This document shows, piece by piece, positions 38,201 through 46,337 of a stretch of DNA of 64,000 nucleotides; position 1 is the stretch's first letter; every line of letters starts with the position of its first letter. Below the pieces are notes generated by a model that searched no databases, had not been told where the DNA came from, and saw only the letters and a list, made by a program, of their open reading frames with translations. Made by a program: the position numbers and the translations under genes. Source of the stretch: Saccostrea cucullata. Its lineage: Eukaryota. The stretch lies in NCBI RefSeq assembly GCF_032062105.1, contig NW_026921444.1, forward strand, positions 62,001-126,000. Direction: 5' to 3'.

Positions 38201-39715
38201 CCTACTTCCAACTGTTTAAAAGTTATGGCCAAGGTTAAGGTGTGGTATATTTTTGTAAAAGTAAATCAAACTCCAAGGACAAGAGGTCAAATTTGGTGGT
38301 ACCCAAAGAAAGGTCTTGTTACAAGGAATACACCAGTGAAATATGAAAGCCATAGCCACACCCACTCAATAGTTATGGGATACGTTAAAGTTCACATCAG
38401 ACAGACAGAAAACAGACAGACAGATAGACAGACAGGACAAAAACAATATTCCCCCAGGTTCTTTAGATCTGGGGGCATAAAAAACTCAAATGTGACTTCT
38501 GGGAGCTTTCTGGTCACTGGAAAATCAACTTTGAATATGTTTTGTATGGGCATCCATGACATTCCCATTTTAATAATCGCTTAAATAAATGTAGCAAAAC
38601 CTCTTATCTGAATAGTATGGAGTTGAAATTCATTGAATGTAAAAGAAAACAAAAGAAACAATAGACTTTGTCTACTCAATTATTATACTTAAATAAATAG
38701 GAAGTGACTCCAATTTGTATAAAATTTTAACATCCGATGATGTAAATTGTGTTTGAGGTGTTTCTCGGGGCCTGCCAGAAAATGAAGGCTTGAGAAAGTT
38801 TTGATAAAAAAATATTTTCTCACTTCTGTAAAATTTTATTCTGAAAATGCTTTACAACAATGTCAAGAAAGATAACTCACATAAGTGATGAAATTCTGAA
38901 AAAATCATAATATGTGCAAATGAACTTTCTCTGTGAATATTGTGGTAATTTATTTATAAAAGAGGCTAAATCAAATGGAATATGGCTGCTTTTTTATAGG
39001 TTACATATATGCAAAATTCTAAGATCTGATGTCATGTGATATGTGACAATAGTCTATCTAGTGAGTCCTGAGCAGTTAGATTGAAGAAGGTGTCTCTCTA
39101 AAAGCTATATGGTACCACTCATCACAAGTGGTTGCATCTGAATAGACTATTGCCATCTTTTTCTCTTTGACCCAACACAATGAAAAGACACTAGATATGT
39201 TTTGAAATGTTTCCTTTCTTGGGTGAATTAATTTAAATACAGCATGACTCAGTCTCACCAATAACATTTTTGACAGGTGCAGTTTGTCAGTAACTGGTTT
39301 AATCAGGCTGTTCATTACACACATGGTCTTAATATGAGACCAAAATTCACATCTCATTTCATTTTATTTATCTGGTCAAATGCTGATTGGATTACAAAAA
39401 ATGATTTTCCTTTACTTTTTCAACTTTACAATTAACAAGAAAAAAACGAAGACACCCACAAGCCCCAGCGTCAACAGGTCCAGAACAATCACTGAATCAG
39501 TAGGTAATTAACGTTGACTGTACCAGACCTGCATGGTCAAGAGTCACACTATACAAACCTTGGATTAAATATCTTTCTTTAAATGTCTTCTGACCAAATG
39601 ATACGAAATTGAAATGATCAACATGTTGATCTAGAAAAAGTTCCTTAAAGGGAACAGAATGTCCACAGATAAGTGACAAATACTGAAAAATCACAAGAAG
39701 TCCGTAGGAATTCAT
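7369..39715 (-). CDS. DPP7: Dipeptidyl peptidase 2/7 (S28 serine peptidase), 5' part: coding exons 1-6; 3' exons not found in the window
   Basis: Exons 39715-39559, 32113-31974, 13329-13166, 12741-12606, 10614-10530 and 7535-7369 join in frame with GT-AG introns. Motifs: signal peptide, DQHVDHFNF, GPIFFYTGNEG, LVVFAEH|RFYGKSLPFG, EQALGDY, catalytic GGS|YGG, AASAP. RNAFTYLAMMDYPYPTSF is closer to DPP7 than to PRCP. The catalytic Asp/His exons are presumably to the left of the window. Confidence 0.92.
8790..8972 (-). pseudogene. Degenerate second copy of DPP7 exon 6 with flanking intron sequence
   Basis: Blocks such as tccatcatggctaggtaggtaaaggcatttctaatccatcccag and gacagctgtttaagacctaca are identical to parts of 7421-7540, but are interleaved with indels and satellite fragments. 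Confidence 0.7.
10530..10614 (-). CDS. DPP7: DPP7 coding exon 5 (DFNAVSPKCVDRVRTAF...PEG)
   Basis: Acceptor ttgtag, donor GAAG|gtaaga; phases compatible with exons 4 and 6. Confidence 0.88.
11508..12600 (+). mobile_element. HINE-like element with degenerate 147-bp-type repeats, interrupted by a palindromic insert
   Basis: 5' aacaaaaggcctatgggtcacattgctcatctgag; 3' agctca...aggtgagctaaaaa; hairpin ataacttggggcagtttac...gtaaactgccccaagttat at about 12039-12109. Confidence 0.7.
12606..12741 (-). CDS. DPP7: DPP7 coding exon 4 (SYGGMLSAYIRFKYP...FFWEDVTK)
   Basis: Acceptor ttttag, donor AAG|gtaata; completes the GGSYGG nucleophile elbow. Confidence 0.93.
13166..13329 (-). CDS. DPP7: DPP7 coding exon 3 (RFYGKSLPFG...VISFGG)
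   Basis: Acceptor ttttcag, donor GAAG|gtttga (phase 2, splits the catalytic Ser codon). Confidence 0.93.
13782..13992. mobile_element. Short TA-flanked MITE (tactgta...tacagta family)
   Basis: Termini tactgtaaatcactt and aagtgatctacagta; internal tcgcgaaa repeats. Relatives at about 784-1013, 9839-10018, 10737-10930 and 16913-17125. Confidence 0.65.
15359..15930 (-). mobile_element. Helitron/Helentron-type non-autonomous element, 3' part
   Basis: Perfect 13-bp terminal hairpin aaggtcttccgtt-tcc-aacggaagacctt, then an (att)n/(ctt)n tract and typical ctcatatctc...ctcaaattttca body. Confidence 0.6.
16913..17125. mobile_element. Short TA-flanked MITE
   Basis: Termini tactgtagaagtacttttttt and aaaaaagtatgtctacagta. 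Confidence 0.65.
17275..18359. mobile_element. PIF/Harbinger-superfamily-type MITE
   Basis: Perfect 29-bp TIR GGCCAGCATTTTTTTATTTTTAGGTTTAC with a TAA target-site duplication on both sides. Confidence 0.88.
19750..20215 (-). mobile_element. Degenerate HINE-like fragment
   Basis: ctgt microsatellite remnant followed by cataacttttgaa and ttgacctt repeats, as in 3537-4460. Confidence 0.55.
20775..21000 (+). mobile_element. tRNA-derived SINE (5'-truncated)
   Basis: B-box GGTTCAAATCC, central ggtcccgtgtcacagtaggt...aaagaaccctc domain, and tail gagtgaaaaattttcgagagggacg...acaaacaaa, as I recall from bivalve SINEs. Confidence 0.65.
23183..24124 (-). CDS. Class A (rhodopsin-like) GPCR, GPR21/GPR52-like orphan receptor, single coding exon, 313 aa, nested in DPP7 intron 2
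   Basis: Seven hydrophobic segments; TM1 N, TM2 SLTVSD, TM3 C...NVDHY (DRY variant), TM4 W, TM6 AWIP. TM7/H8 WFGIGNSFYKFFVY...FRRGLRQL lacks the NPxxY proline, as I recall for GPR21/52. First ATG is at 24124 (the ORF track starts on GTG). Splice acceptor acag at 24167. Confidence 0.88.
   Translation of the reverse strand: MEFQAESLVTVFFTALIVCFNTLTLLVIVWTESIRNINKIYFASLTVSDLCVGVFITPFAVFSSFSNSWIVNDEKFCHIEAYLLVIFFIAGLYSLAWINVDHYLAIRKPQRHKVAMTTARSLCWIIFVWIGAVSFCSPTLFSFKKQAKYYEEVFLCSINAGSHKPYFVTAGILVILPAFFALVSTNAYLFTKSFRKKRHMYQTILIDTASRPNNYFMNFIISMIFLIAWIPWLVLQIYGECIENISDYPHSVHFYLLWFGIGNSFYKFFVYLVWSRDFRRGLRQLCCHNDCRCPECSMPQSASLNFVTATAGK
27821..28050 (-). other. Candidate non-coding first exon/promoter of the nested GPCR
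   Basis: Locally GC/CpG-richer island in AT-rich DNA ending in a good donor CAG|gtagga at 27821/27820, upstream of the GPCR acceptor at 24167. Confidence 0.4.
29150..30832 (+). mobile_element. HINE-like element with a 147-bp tandem array
   Basis: gattcagcatcc recurs at 30181, 30328 and 30475 (147-bp period); 3' gacgcc repeats and stem-loop agctc..caacttcgttg..aggtgagct followed by an A-run. Confidence 0.8.
29688..29975. repeat. Minisatellite (about 32-bp unit tctggatctaacacagtgagggtacatacaga with variant spacers) inserted in the 147-bp array
   Basis: Unit repeated 6 times; it interrupts the host motif acttg|gaaatgaaacc. Confidence 0.8.
31974..32113 (-). CDS. DPP7: DPP7 coding exon 2 (DQWWKPGVGPIFFYTGNEG...FAEH)
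   Basis: Acceptor tttatag, donor CAT|gtatgt (phase 0), S28 motifs. Confidence 0.93.
32300..35383 (+). mobile_element. Nested Helentron/HINE elements carrying 166-bp Cg170-like satellite arrays
   Basis: Period of about 166 bp for gaatctacacta. The inner element (33546-35117) starts aacaagaggcccatgggccacatcgctcacctgag (a second start at 33858) and ends gagccttcggctcaggtgagctaaaaa. The outer element resumes and ends at about 35383 with (aac/gac)n and the same stem-loop. Another 3' remnant lies at 35900-36075. Confidence 0.88.
36610..38485 (+). mobile_element. HINE-like element interrupted by a MITE
   Basis: 5' aaacaagatgcattcgtgaaacactgatgcccc; (acag)n; 3' hairpin cccccag...ctggggg followed by an A-run. 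Confidence 0.78.
36748..38017. mobile_element. PIF/Harbinger-type MITE with GC-rich subterminal arms and AT-rich core
   Basis: TIR aggccctgtcacac / gtgtgacaggggtt with TAA/TTA flanks; removing it restores the host motif ggtcttgttacaaggaatac seen intact at 38312; many acggcg repeats. Confidence 0.82.
39559..39715 (-). CDS. DPP7: DPP7 coding exon 1 (signal peptide, MNSYGLL...KERYLIQ)
   Basis: ATG at 39715, hydrophobic leader, QHVDHFNF motif, donor CAAG|gtttgt (phase 1). Confidence 0.9.
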
Positions 39716-40564
39716 TTTCCCGGGTCACGCGCAATCGAATATTCAGAATGTCGATCCCGAGTTAGTTTTATAATATTAAACATTTTCCAATGCGCTTTTT
39801 ACAAACAAACAAAATACTTTTCATTGTCACCAATATGAGGAAGTATTTTTTTCTTTTTTTAATAATTTAAAATCAAGTATTAATTTAACAAATTATTTTT
39901 TTTTAAATTAAATCTAAGTAAATATAATTAATATGAATGAAGATTTGTATATACGTTTAATTCTTTTCTACAATTATAGACCAAACGTTTTAAAATCACA
40001 AGGTATAATAAATGAACAATTTTTTTTTTGCATTAACCATGACGAATGGTAAATGATGTATTCGTGTAACTCAAGATTCTTTTCACGCATAAAATTCTTT
40101 TTAAAAAATTGACCTACTAAAGACAAGCTTGACATTTATCTCCGATTTTAAAATGACACGACCAAATTCTAAAAATGTCGATAAGATATAAGCAAGGTCA
40201 ACGTCTTCTGCATACTATAAAGGTTTGTACTGAGTAAATACTAATAAAAGCTCACAATATGGCGACCTACATATTATAACATAGAACTATATGTACAGTA
40301 CATGTACATTTGTAGTAAGATATACATATACCCCGCAGGCAATACAAGCATTAAAAGCAACACTTCCTTGTTTTCCCAAATGAAGTGTTGTGATTTATTA
40401 ACCTGGTGGAAAGAGAACTATATACCTTGGACATTGTACCCCGTTAATCTCAGCTGTGACTAATTCTTTCTTTACCGAGTAGTTATATATTTAAAAACGA
40501 AAATAAACATTCCACGTGGAGTCCTTAGGATTTGTAATGTTTTTTGAGAGGTACATGTAACCAG

Positions 40565-41101
40565 ATGGAAAGTGAAGGGATACTTGGAATTTCATATCCA
40601 GTGCTACTAACTACGTTAGTTGTTGGAATAGTGACATGGATATTTTATGATCAAGTTCAATTTTTCGCAAAACATTTTCTAGCAAATTTAAGTTGGCAAG
40701 TGTTTTCAATATTTCCTATCATTTCATCGCTATTTTATGGACGCATACCAACAAATAGAAGGTACATATGTTTTAAATTTTATTCATTATTTTTAAAAAC
40801 ATTATAATAAGTTTGTTTATTCCTGTTTTTGTTTTGTTTTCAAGGATATCACTCGCACGTACCATGATTCCAAAGTCCAGTTGTGTAAATTACAAAATAT
40901 CAAGGATTGTTTACACGGTTTTCAATGACTTGAGATTATTTAAAATACACCACGGATATAAATAGTTTTAGTAAAGAGAATATTCAAAAAATAAAATAAA
41001 ACGATTATAATGGCCAATTACTCCGGAAATTTAGAAGTGTCGACAATGGTACTTCGAAGAAGTATACTATCTTTACATTTATATCTGAATTAGAGATGAT
41101 G

Positions 41102-41188
<87 letters not shown>

Positions 41189-43060
41189 TCAAATATAACT
41201 TTGTCCACTAATTATGTTCCCAAACGAAGTTTGTGGGAACCTACTGTTTTTACTTTGTTAATTTTTTGTCTCTTCTTCTCATTATTATAATTTTCTGTCA
41301 TTAGGTATTTTAGCATTGGGGTGAAACTAGCCAACAAGTACCTGATTGGAACTAAGTACATAGTCAGGGGACAGAAGTATGTCGAAGATGACTTCGCGTG
41401 TATCATCATTTCTAACCATCAGAGCTCTCTTGACGGAAATTGTAAGTAAACACAATTTCCTGAATAGATATTGGTTTAATCATGTTGAAAAAAATGAATT
41501 TATAAGGGGAGGAGGGCTACATTTAGGTTAATGCAAAATTTACACCATAACTAGTTCTCATTTCGTAAATTTTGTTTTAACACCCCCCACCCTCCCCTCG
41601 TAAATTGAAAATGTACAACATGATAGTTTGATTTTTTTTGAATGTTAATTTTTGATAAGGATTATATGCCAATGTATGATGGTGTTGTCAATAAATTCTC
41701 TTAAATAGAATAAACTGAAAAGACCAGAAATATTAAATATACTTCTGTTTTTCAGTCATGGTTCAACTTGGGAATTATAAGGGCTCCATTGTTATATTGA
41801 AGAAATCCCTCCTCTACGCCTCCGGACTCCTCGGTATCGCTTTCTACTGCACTGGTGCTATATTTGTCAACAGGAGCAACCCCGAGAGTGCCAAAAAATC
41901 TCTCAATAGCGCTCTAGATAGAATTGTCAAAGAAAAGGTAGACTATTTAGCTAATATGATAAAGTTCATAAACATAAGTACACGAAAATTTGTATAATTA
42001 TATCCTCTATTCTTTAACATAACACACAATGTACGGGGGAAATACCGGGATTCTTCATAAAAATACGAATCTACTTTTCTTTTTGAATATGACTGTCTTC
42101 TAGCTAATATATGAATGAAATTTATTGACATAATTACATAAAGTTTGGTTTAATTATATTTTTTTAGCATATCGAAATAAAATGTAAGCTAAAATTATTT
42201 TATATAGAAATAAAAACTAATTCAAATCGCTTCGCTTTTTTCCTTCAAGCTTTTTAAATGTAAATGCACATCGTAAATGCGTTAGACGTAAAAAAAAAAA
42301 TACATATAACATTAACTTGAAAATATTCGTTGTCTCAGTTTTCCAGAAATTGAACAAAAAATTATCTGCAGAGAAAGCAATGAAAAATGCTGTCTTTTAC
42401 AGTTAAAGCCTCAATTTTACCCTGAGGGAACTCGTCACATGGGGAAAGAAATGTTACCATTCAAGAAGGGTGCATTTGTAATGGCAATTCAAGCGCAGGT
42501 AATAACAGAGACCGAGCCAATGGTCTAAATAGAGACCTAATTGTCTCTGCGTGTGTTTATGAATTTCTTGTCTGTTTTGTGTCTTTTGACATCAGTCTGA
42601 GGACATTTTTTTTCTGATTACCTTTCCATTTGTGACGATATTTCAAGCGCAGATATTACAAGAAAACAAGTGAAAAGAAACTAAAAAGATTCTGTATATG
42701 TTCTGTTTGTGAATTTCATATTTTGCTTTGTATCTATAAGAACATTTCTCTTTCCAGATCCCGATACTTCCGGTAGTTACTTCTAGCTACCGCCATTTCT
42801 ATGATAAAAAGAGAAAAATATTTAAACAAGGTATGATATTACAAAGTCTTTTTATGCAACTTGATTTTTTTCCTCAAGTTTTTATTTTGCTTATTGTGAC
42901 GTCATTTTCATCAACAGGTACTGTTATTGTGACGTGTCTTCCGCCCATTCCTACAAAAGGACTTACCTTAAATGACCTCGATGACTTTGTACAAAAAGTG
43001 AGGAAGACGATGCAAGAAACAATAGATAAAACAACTGAAGAAGTTGAAAATAACTTGTGA
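40565..43060 (+). CDS. AGPAT1/2: 1-acyl-sn-glycerol-3-phosphate acyltransferase (AGPAT1/2, LPAAT alpha/beta-like), 6 exons, 275 aa
   Basis: Exons 40565-40761, 41305-41441, 41756-41937, 42403-42498, 42758-42830 and 42918-43060 total 828 nt in frame with GT-AG introns. Acyltransferase motifs NHQSSLD, IFVNR, YPEGTR, PFKKGAF, IPILPV. Confidence 0.93.
41108..41186. repeat. (GA)n microsatellite in AGPAT intron 1
   Basis: About 39 GA units preceded by (gat)4. Confidence 0.97.
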
Positions 43061-43627
43061 ATGATTGGAATTTACTTGGATTTATTTACATGTATTTATT
43101 TATTAATCTTAAGCAGAGTTCTGTGATACCATCATACTTCATGTTCAATACCACTCACAAATCTGAATGTTTTTGAGCCATGAGCAAACATGTTAAAATA
43201 ACAAAAGACATAAGTCTTTTTTGATTTGGTTAGTTAAGTTTGATTAACACAATTCTATGGATTTTATATGAAATGATAATATATCTTTAACTTTTCAGTC
43301 GAAGGTCCAATCTGGAAAAATATTTTTAAAAATGATTATTCGTGCACGGACACTACTTGAAACTTTTCTACGGCTTCCTTGACATGTATTCGTAATATAC
43401 ACTGTGTATATTTTTATTTGATTGAATAAGCTATGAATTGAATGGATATAAGATTAAGAAAACACAATTGCATATATAAAAATACCATTTCCTATGACAT
43501 TCTTTTCATGTTACATATGGTATGAAAATAATAAAGACATGGCTTAAATTGCAATTATTTTTTGAACAACAGCACTTTGTACATGTACATGCTATATAAT
43601 TATATAAACTTTACTGGGAAAAAACGT

Positions 43628-43870
43628 TAGATCATCTTTAAAAAATGTTTGGTTGCCCTCTCCCGACCGACTGACTAAAAAAGGCTGGACTCTAAGCGTT
43701 TTTATAACACTACAGGACACGATATTTTTCTTTTTATTCTTATCCCGTCAACAAATATGTTGAAATTTTCTGGAAAAAAGATTTTCCCACCCACCTACCG
43801 ACTCAATAATTTTTATCCTTAGCCGGGGGATCGAAGACAAACAAACATTGATTTATAAGGATGACCTTAG
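43628..43870. mobile_element. Short MITE (same family as 56684-56924)
   Basis: Left end catctttaaaaaatgtttggttgccctctcccgaccgac; degenerate inverted right end caaacaaacattgatttataaggatgacc. Confidence 0.6.
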
Positions 43871-44171
43871 CATCCATAATGCCAACCCAAACAGATCGAG
43901 TATAGGAGAATTTCCAAATACTTATTGGCTTGATATGTTTTATAAGAAAATTTAAGAATTTGGAATCCTCTACATGAATGTGCCATATAGGACGTATAAA
44001 CAGCCTTGAAATGCATTGTACCATAAAACACTGTACAGTGTTTACTATTATGAAAATGAGAAAATGCACAACTTCGGTTCGTGTCTTTATACACAGGCAA
44101 TGTAAGAATTTACTTAAATTTTACTTTCAAGAATTTACGAAAGAGAAGCGAAAATACCATAGAAGACATTC

Positions 44172-45671
44172 TTATGTAAAAGGAAATTCTTCTTCTTCCT
44201 CAGACGAATCTCTAAATCTCCGAGAAAAGCTAAGGAATGGGTCAATCCTACGTCTAGAGCCGAATAGAGAGGGTTTTCGATGCAAGTAAAGTGGTCTCCG
44301 ATATCCATTATCTTCCTTATTTCGTATCAATCTCTCTATATTATTTTCTGGACCAGGAAATACATTCCAATATGTATCCACGGCAAAGGCTTTTATGGTA
44401 CCATCATTACTGTCCCCTATCCAAATCTTACTGGTATTGTCTGTATAAATACTGCATGGACTTTCACAGTCTTCACAAATGACGAGTCCCATGAAGACAC
44501 CTGTTGGTGAAATAATGTGTAAAGTTTTAGTTGTCCCGTTCAACACAAGAAAACTGTCATCTGCGAATGATGTGACTGAAAGTGGCTTGAATTCTTCTTC
44601 GATTTGCTCTAAAGTGCATCCGGAGTATCTTTTGATTAAATGTCCATCCATGCCCCTGATATCTACAAAATTTATTTCTGCATACAGTATACACATAACA
44701 GAACAACTATCATTAACAGCAAGAGAATGAGGGTAGGATTCCACTTTTAAATCAAATTTGTCAAGTTCCTTGCCGGCATTGTCTAAAACCTGTCCAATAA
44801 GAGTTGACCGGTTTCCCATCCCCAAAACAAGAATTCGATCCTGCTGAATGGAGCATATTTTCAGAGGGTCGCAATCCTTAATAGAAATCACGGACACATC
44901 GGTGCTATTAAACGTCGTTTTCATAACTAAAGAACAATTCCGTATTAAGGAAAATATTGTTCCATCCCCTGAACCACAAAGATCTGTAGCGCCATCAACA
45001 ATCGGATTTTCACTCAAGACCAAACCATTCCGCGTGTCAAAAACGCGACAGATAGAGCCACCAAATGTTAGAAATGCAGATACGTCCTCTGATACTTGAA
45101 ATATAGACGATATACACTCCTCTTCTGCTACCTGGACACCAATTCTCATGGAAACAGTCTTCACGATAGTTGTTGGTCCATGTTTACGCAATTCAACGGG
45201 AACTGGCTCGTCTTCACTATCACTAGATACAGAGTTCGTCTCAGAAACACTGGAAGAGTCCCAGTCCGTGTCCGAATCCAGAAAAGAAGAAAATGATGGA
45301 CGCCTTTGTCTCTTTATTTCTTTGCTAGGTCTTTTGCATATATGTACAGGTGCACAGAAGGAGCACAGATACTTGTCACAATAATCGCAATCATCTACGT
45401 CATCTTCCTCTGCATTGCAGACGTCACAGACGCGTTCAGGGAAAATGTCCCGGATGAAATAATTATCCCAGAATCCCGCAACACCGTTTTCCGGTAACAC
45501 CATCACGGTTCTGCAAAGTGGGCACCGAAATTCGTCATCTGACTTGTACTTTCTTTGGTAACCTGAGATGCACCGCTTACAAAAAGTGTGTTTACAAGGC
45601 AACATCTTTGGACATTTAAAACTGTCCAGACAAATAGAACATTTTTGAGCATCGTCTATCGATATCTCCAT
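44172..45671 (-). CDS. RING (C3HC4) + B-box-like + acidic linker + NHL-like beta-propeller E3 ligase, paralog A (499 aa)
   Basis: CSIC...LPCKHTFCKRC...CPLC; CDVC-x9-CDYC-x4-CSFC-x3-H; Ser/Asp-rich linker; NHL-like repeats such as PCSIYTDNTSKIWIGD; uninterrupted ORF. Confidence 0.88.
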   Translation of the reverse strand: MEISIDDAQKCSICLDSFKCPKMLPCKHTFCKRCISGYQRKYKSDDEFRCPLCRTVMVLPENGVAGFWDNYFIRDIFPERVCDVCNAEEDDVDDCDYCDKYLCSFCAPVHICKRPSKEIKRQRRPSFSSFLDSDTDWDSSSVSETNSVSSDSEDEPVPVELRKHGPTTIVKTVSMRIGVQVAEEECISSIFQVSEDVSAFLTFGGSICRVFDTRNGLVLSENPIVDGATDLCGSGDGTIFSLIRNCSLVMKTTFNSTDVSVISIKDCDPLKICSIQQDRILVLGMGNRSTLIGQVLDNAGKELDKFDLKVESYPHSLAVNDSCSVMCILYAEINFVDIRGMDGHLIKRYSGCTLEQIEEEFKPLSVTSFADDSFLVLNGTTKTLHIISPTGVFMGLVICEDCESPCSIYTDNTSKIWIGDSNDGTIKAFAVDTYWNVFPGPENNIERLIRNKEDNGYRRPLYLHRKPSLFGSRRRIDPFLSFSRRFRDSSEEEEEFPFT

Positions 45672-45675
45672 TGTC

Positions 45676-45854
45676 CTATATTAACGAAATAAACGAACAT
45701 TAAGATTTTGGCAAGTAAATATATATTAAAATTTAAGAATACCCGGTATCACTAGAACAAAACTACTGACTTTCGGTTTGACATTGGGGATTTCCTTCTA
45801 ATTGATAAAGGTGTATCGTGAATGGGGATCAATGAGTTTAAATAGCTTACTTAC
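45676..45854 (-). other. Predicted 5'UTR intron of paralog A
   Basis: Donor AG|gtaagt at 45854 and acceptor tatag|GACA-ATG at 45676; an alternative donor TG|gtaagc lies at 45915. Confidence 0.55.
45769..45795. promoter_or_regulatory. Composite IRF-type element plus NF-kB site in the A/B divergent intergenic region
   Basis: ACTTTCGGTTTG at 45769-45780 (reverse CAAACCGAAAGT, one mismatch to the IRF consensus GAAASYGAAASY) lies 5 bp from GGGGATTTCC at 45786-45795, an exact match to GGGRNYYYCC. Confidence 0.6.
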
Positions 45855-45948
45855 CTATTTATATTATGAAAATCCCTGACTACTCAAAAGAACATTTCAG
45901 AAGCCACCGGCTTACCAGAAGCTGGAAGTTGTTGATTTCTAGATCAAG

Positions 45949-46318
45949 GTAAATTAATGCACTTGTTTTTTTACTTTTTATTTTTGAACGGAAGAGAGAA
46001 GACAACATTAACCCGTCAACTTGTGTTTTTCTACTTTCGTTTAGTAGGCGGATGGAATTGATAGCTTCGAATCACTTTCCTTTGTTTTTGTACATACATT
46101 AATAATAAATATATTTATTTATAAATGAAAATGTATTCATCATTTAATTTTAGGATTTCAACAAGAGTAATGTTAAACTTGATTTCAAATAGAAGGAAAT
46201 AAATACATGTATTCGATTGATATCGGCAAAATGGCAAACATGTTTTTTATATTTTTAAAACTCTTTGATATTAAAATAAAATAACTTTTAAAGAGTAAAA
46301 CATACTTAATTTCTACAG
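45949..46318 (+). other. Predicted 5'UTR intron of paralog B
   Basis: Donor AAG|gtaaat at 45949; branch-like cttaat followed by ttctacag| ending at 46318, 19 nt before the ATG. Confidence 0.55.
46028..46085. promoter_or_regulatory. Additional IRF/ISRE-like GAAA elements
   Basis: TTTCTACTTTCGTTT (reverse AAACGAAAGTAGAAA) at 46028 and CACTTTCCTTT (reverse AAAGGAAAGTG) at 46073. Confidence 0.4.
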
Positions 46319-46337
46319 CTTAAAAGGAAGTTAAAAG

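Noticed and set aside
40544-40564. TTG start for AGPAT given by the ORF track (and GTG start for the GPCR)
   Set aside because: Eukaryotic genes; in-frame ATGs at 40565 and 24124 are the plausible starts
41005-41290. ORFs with poly-SL / poly-RE
   Set aside because: Translation of the (GA)n microsatellite in an intron
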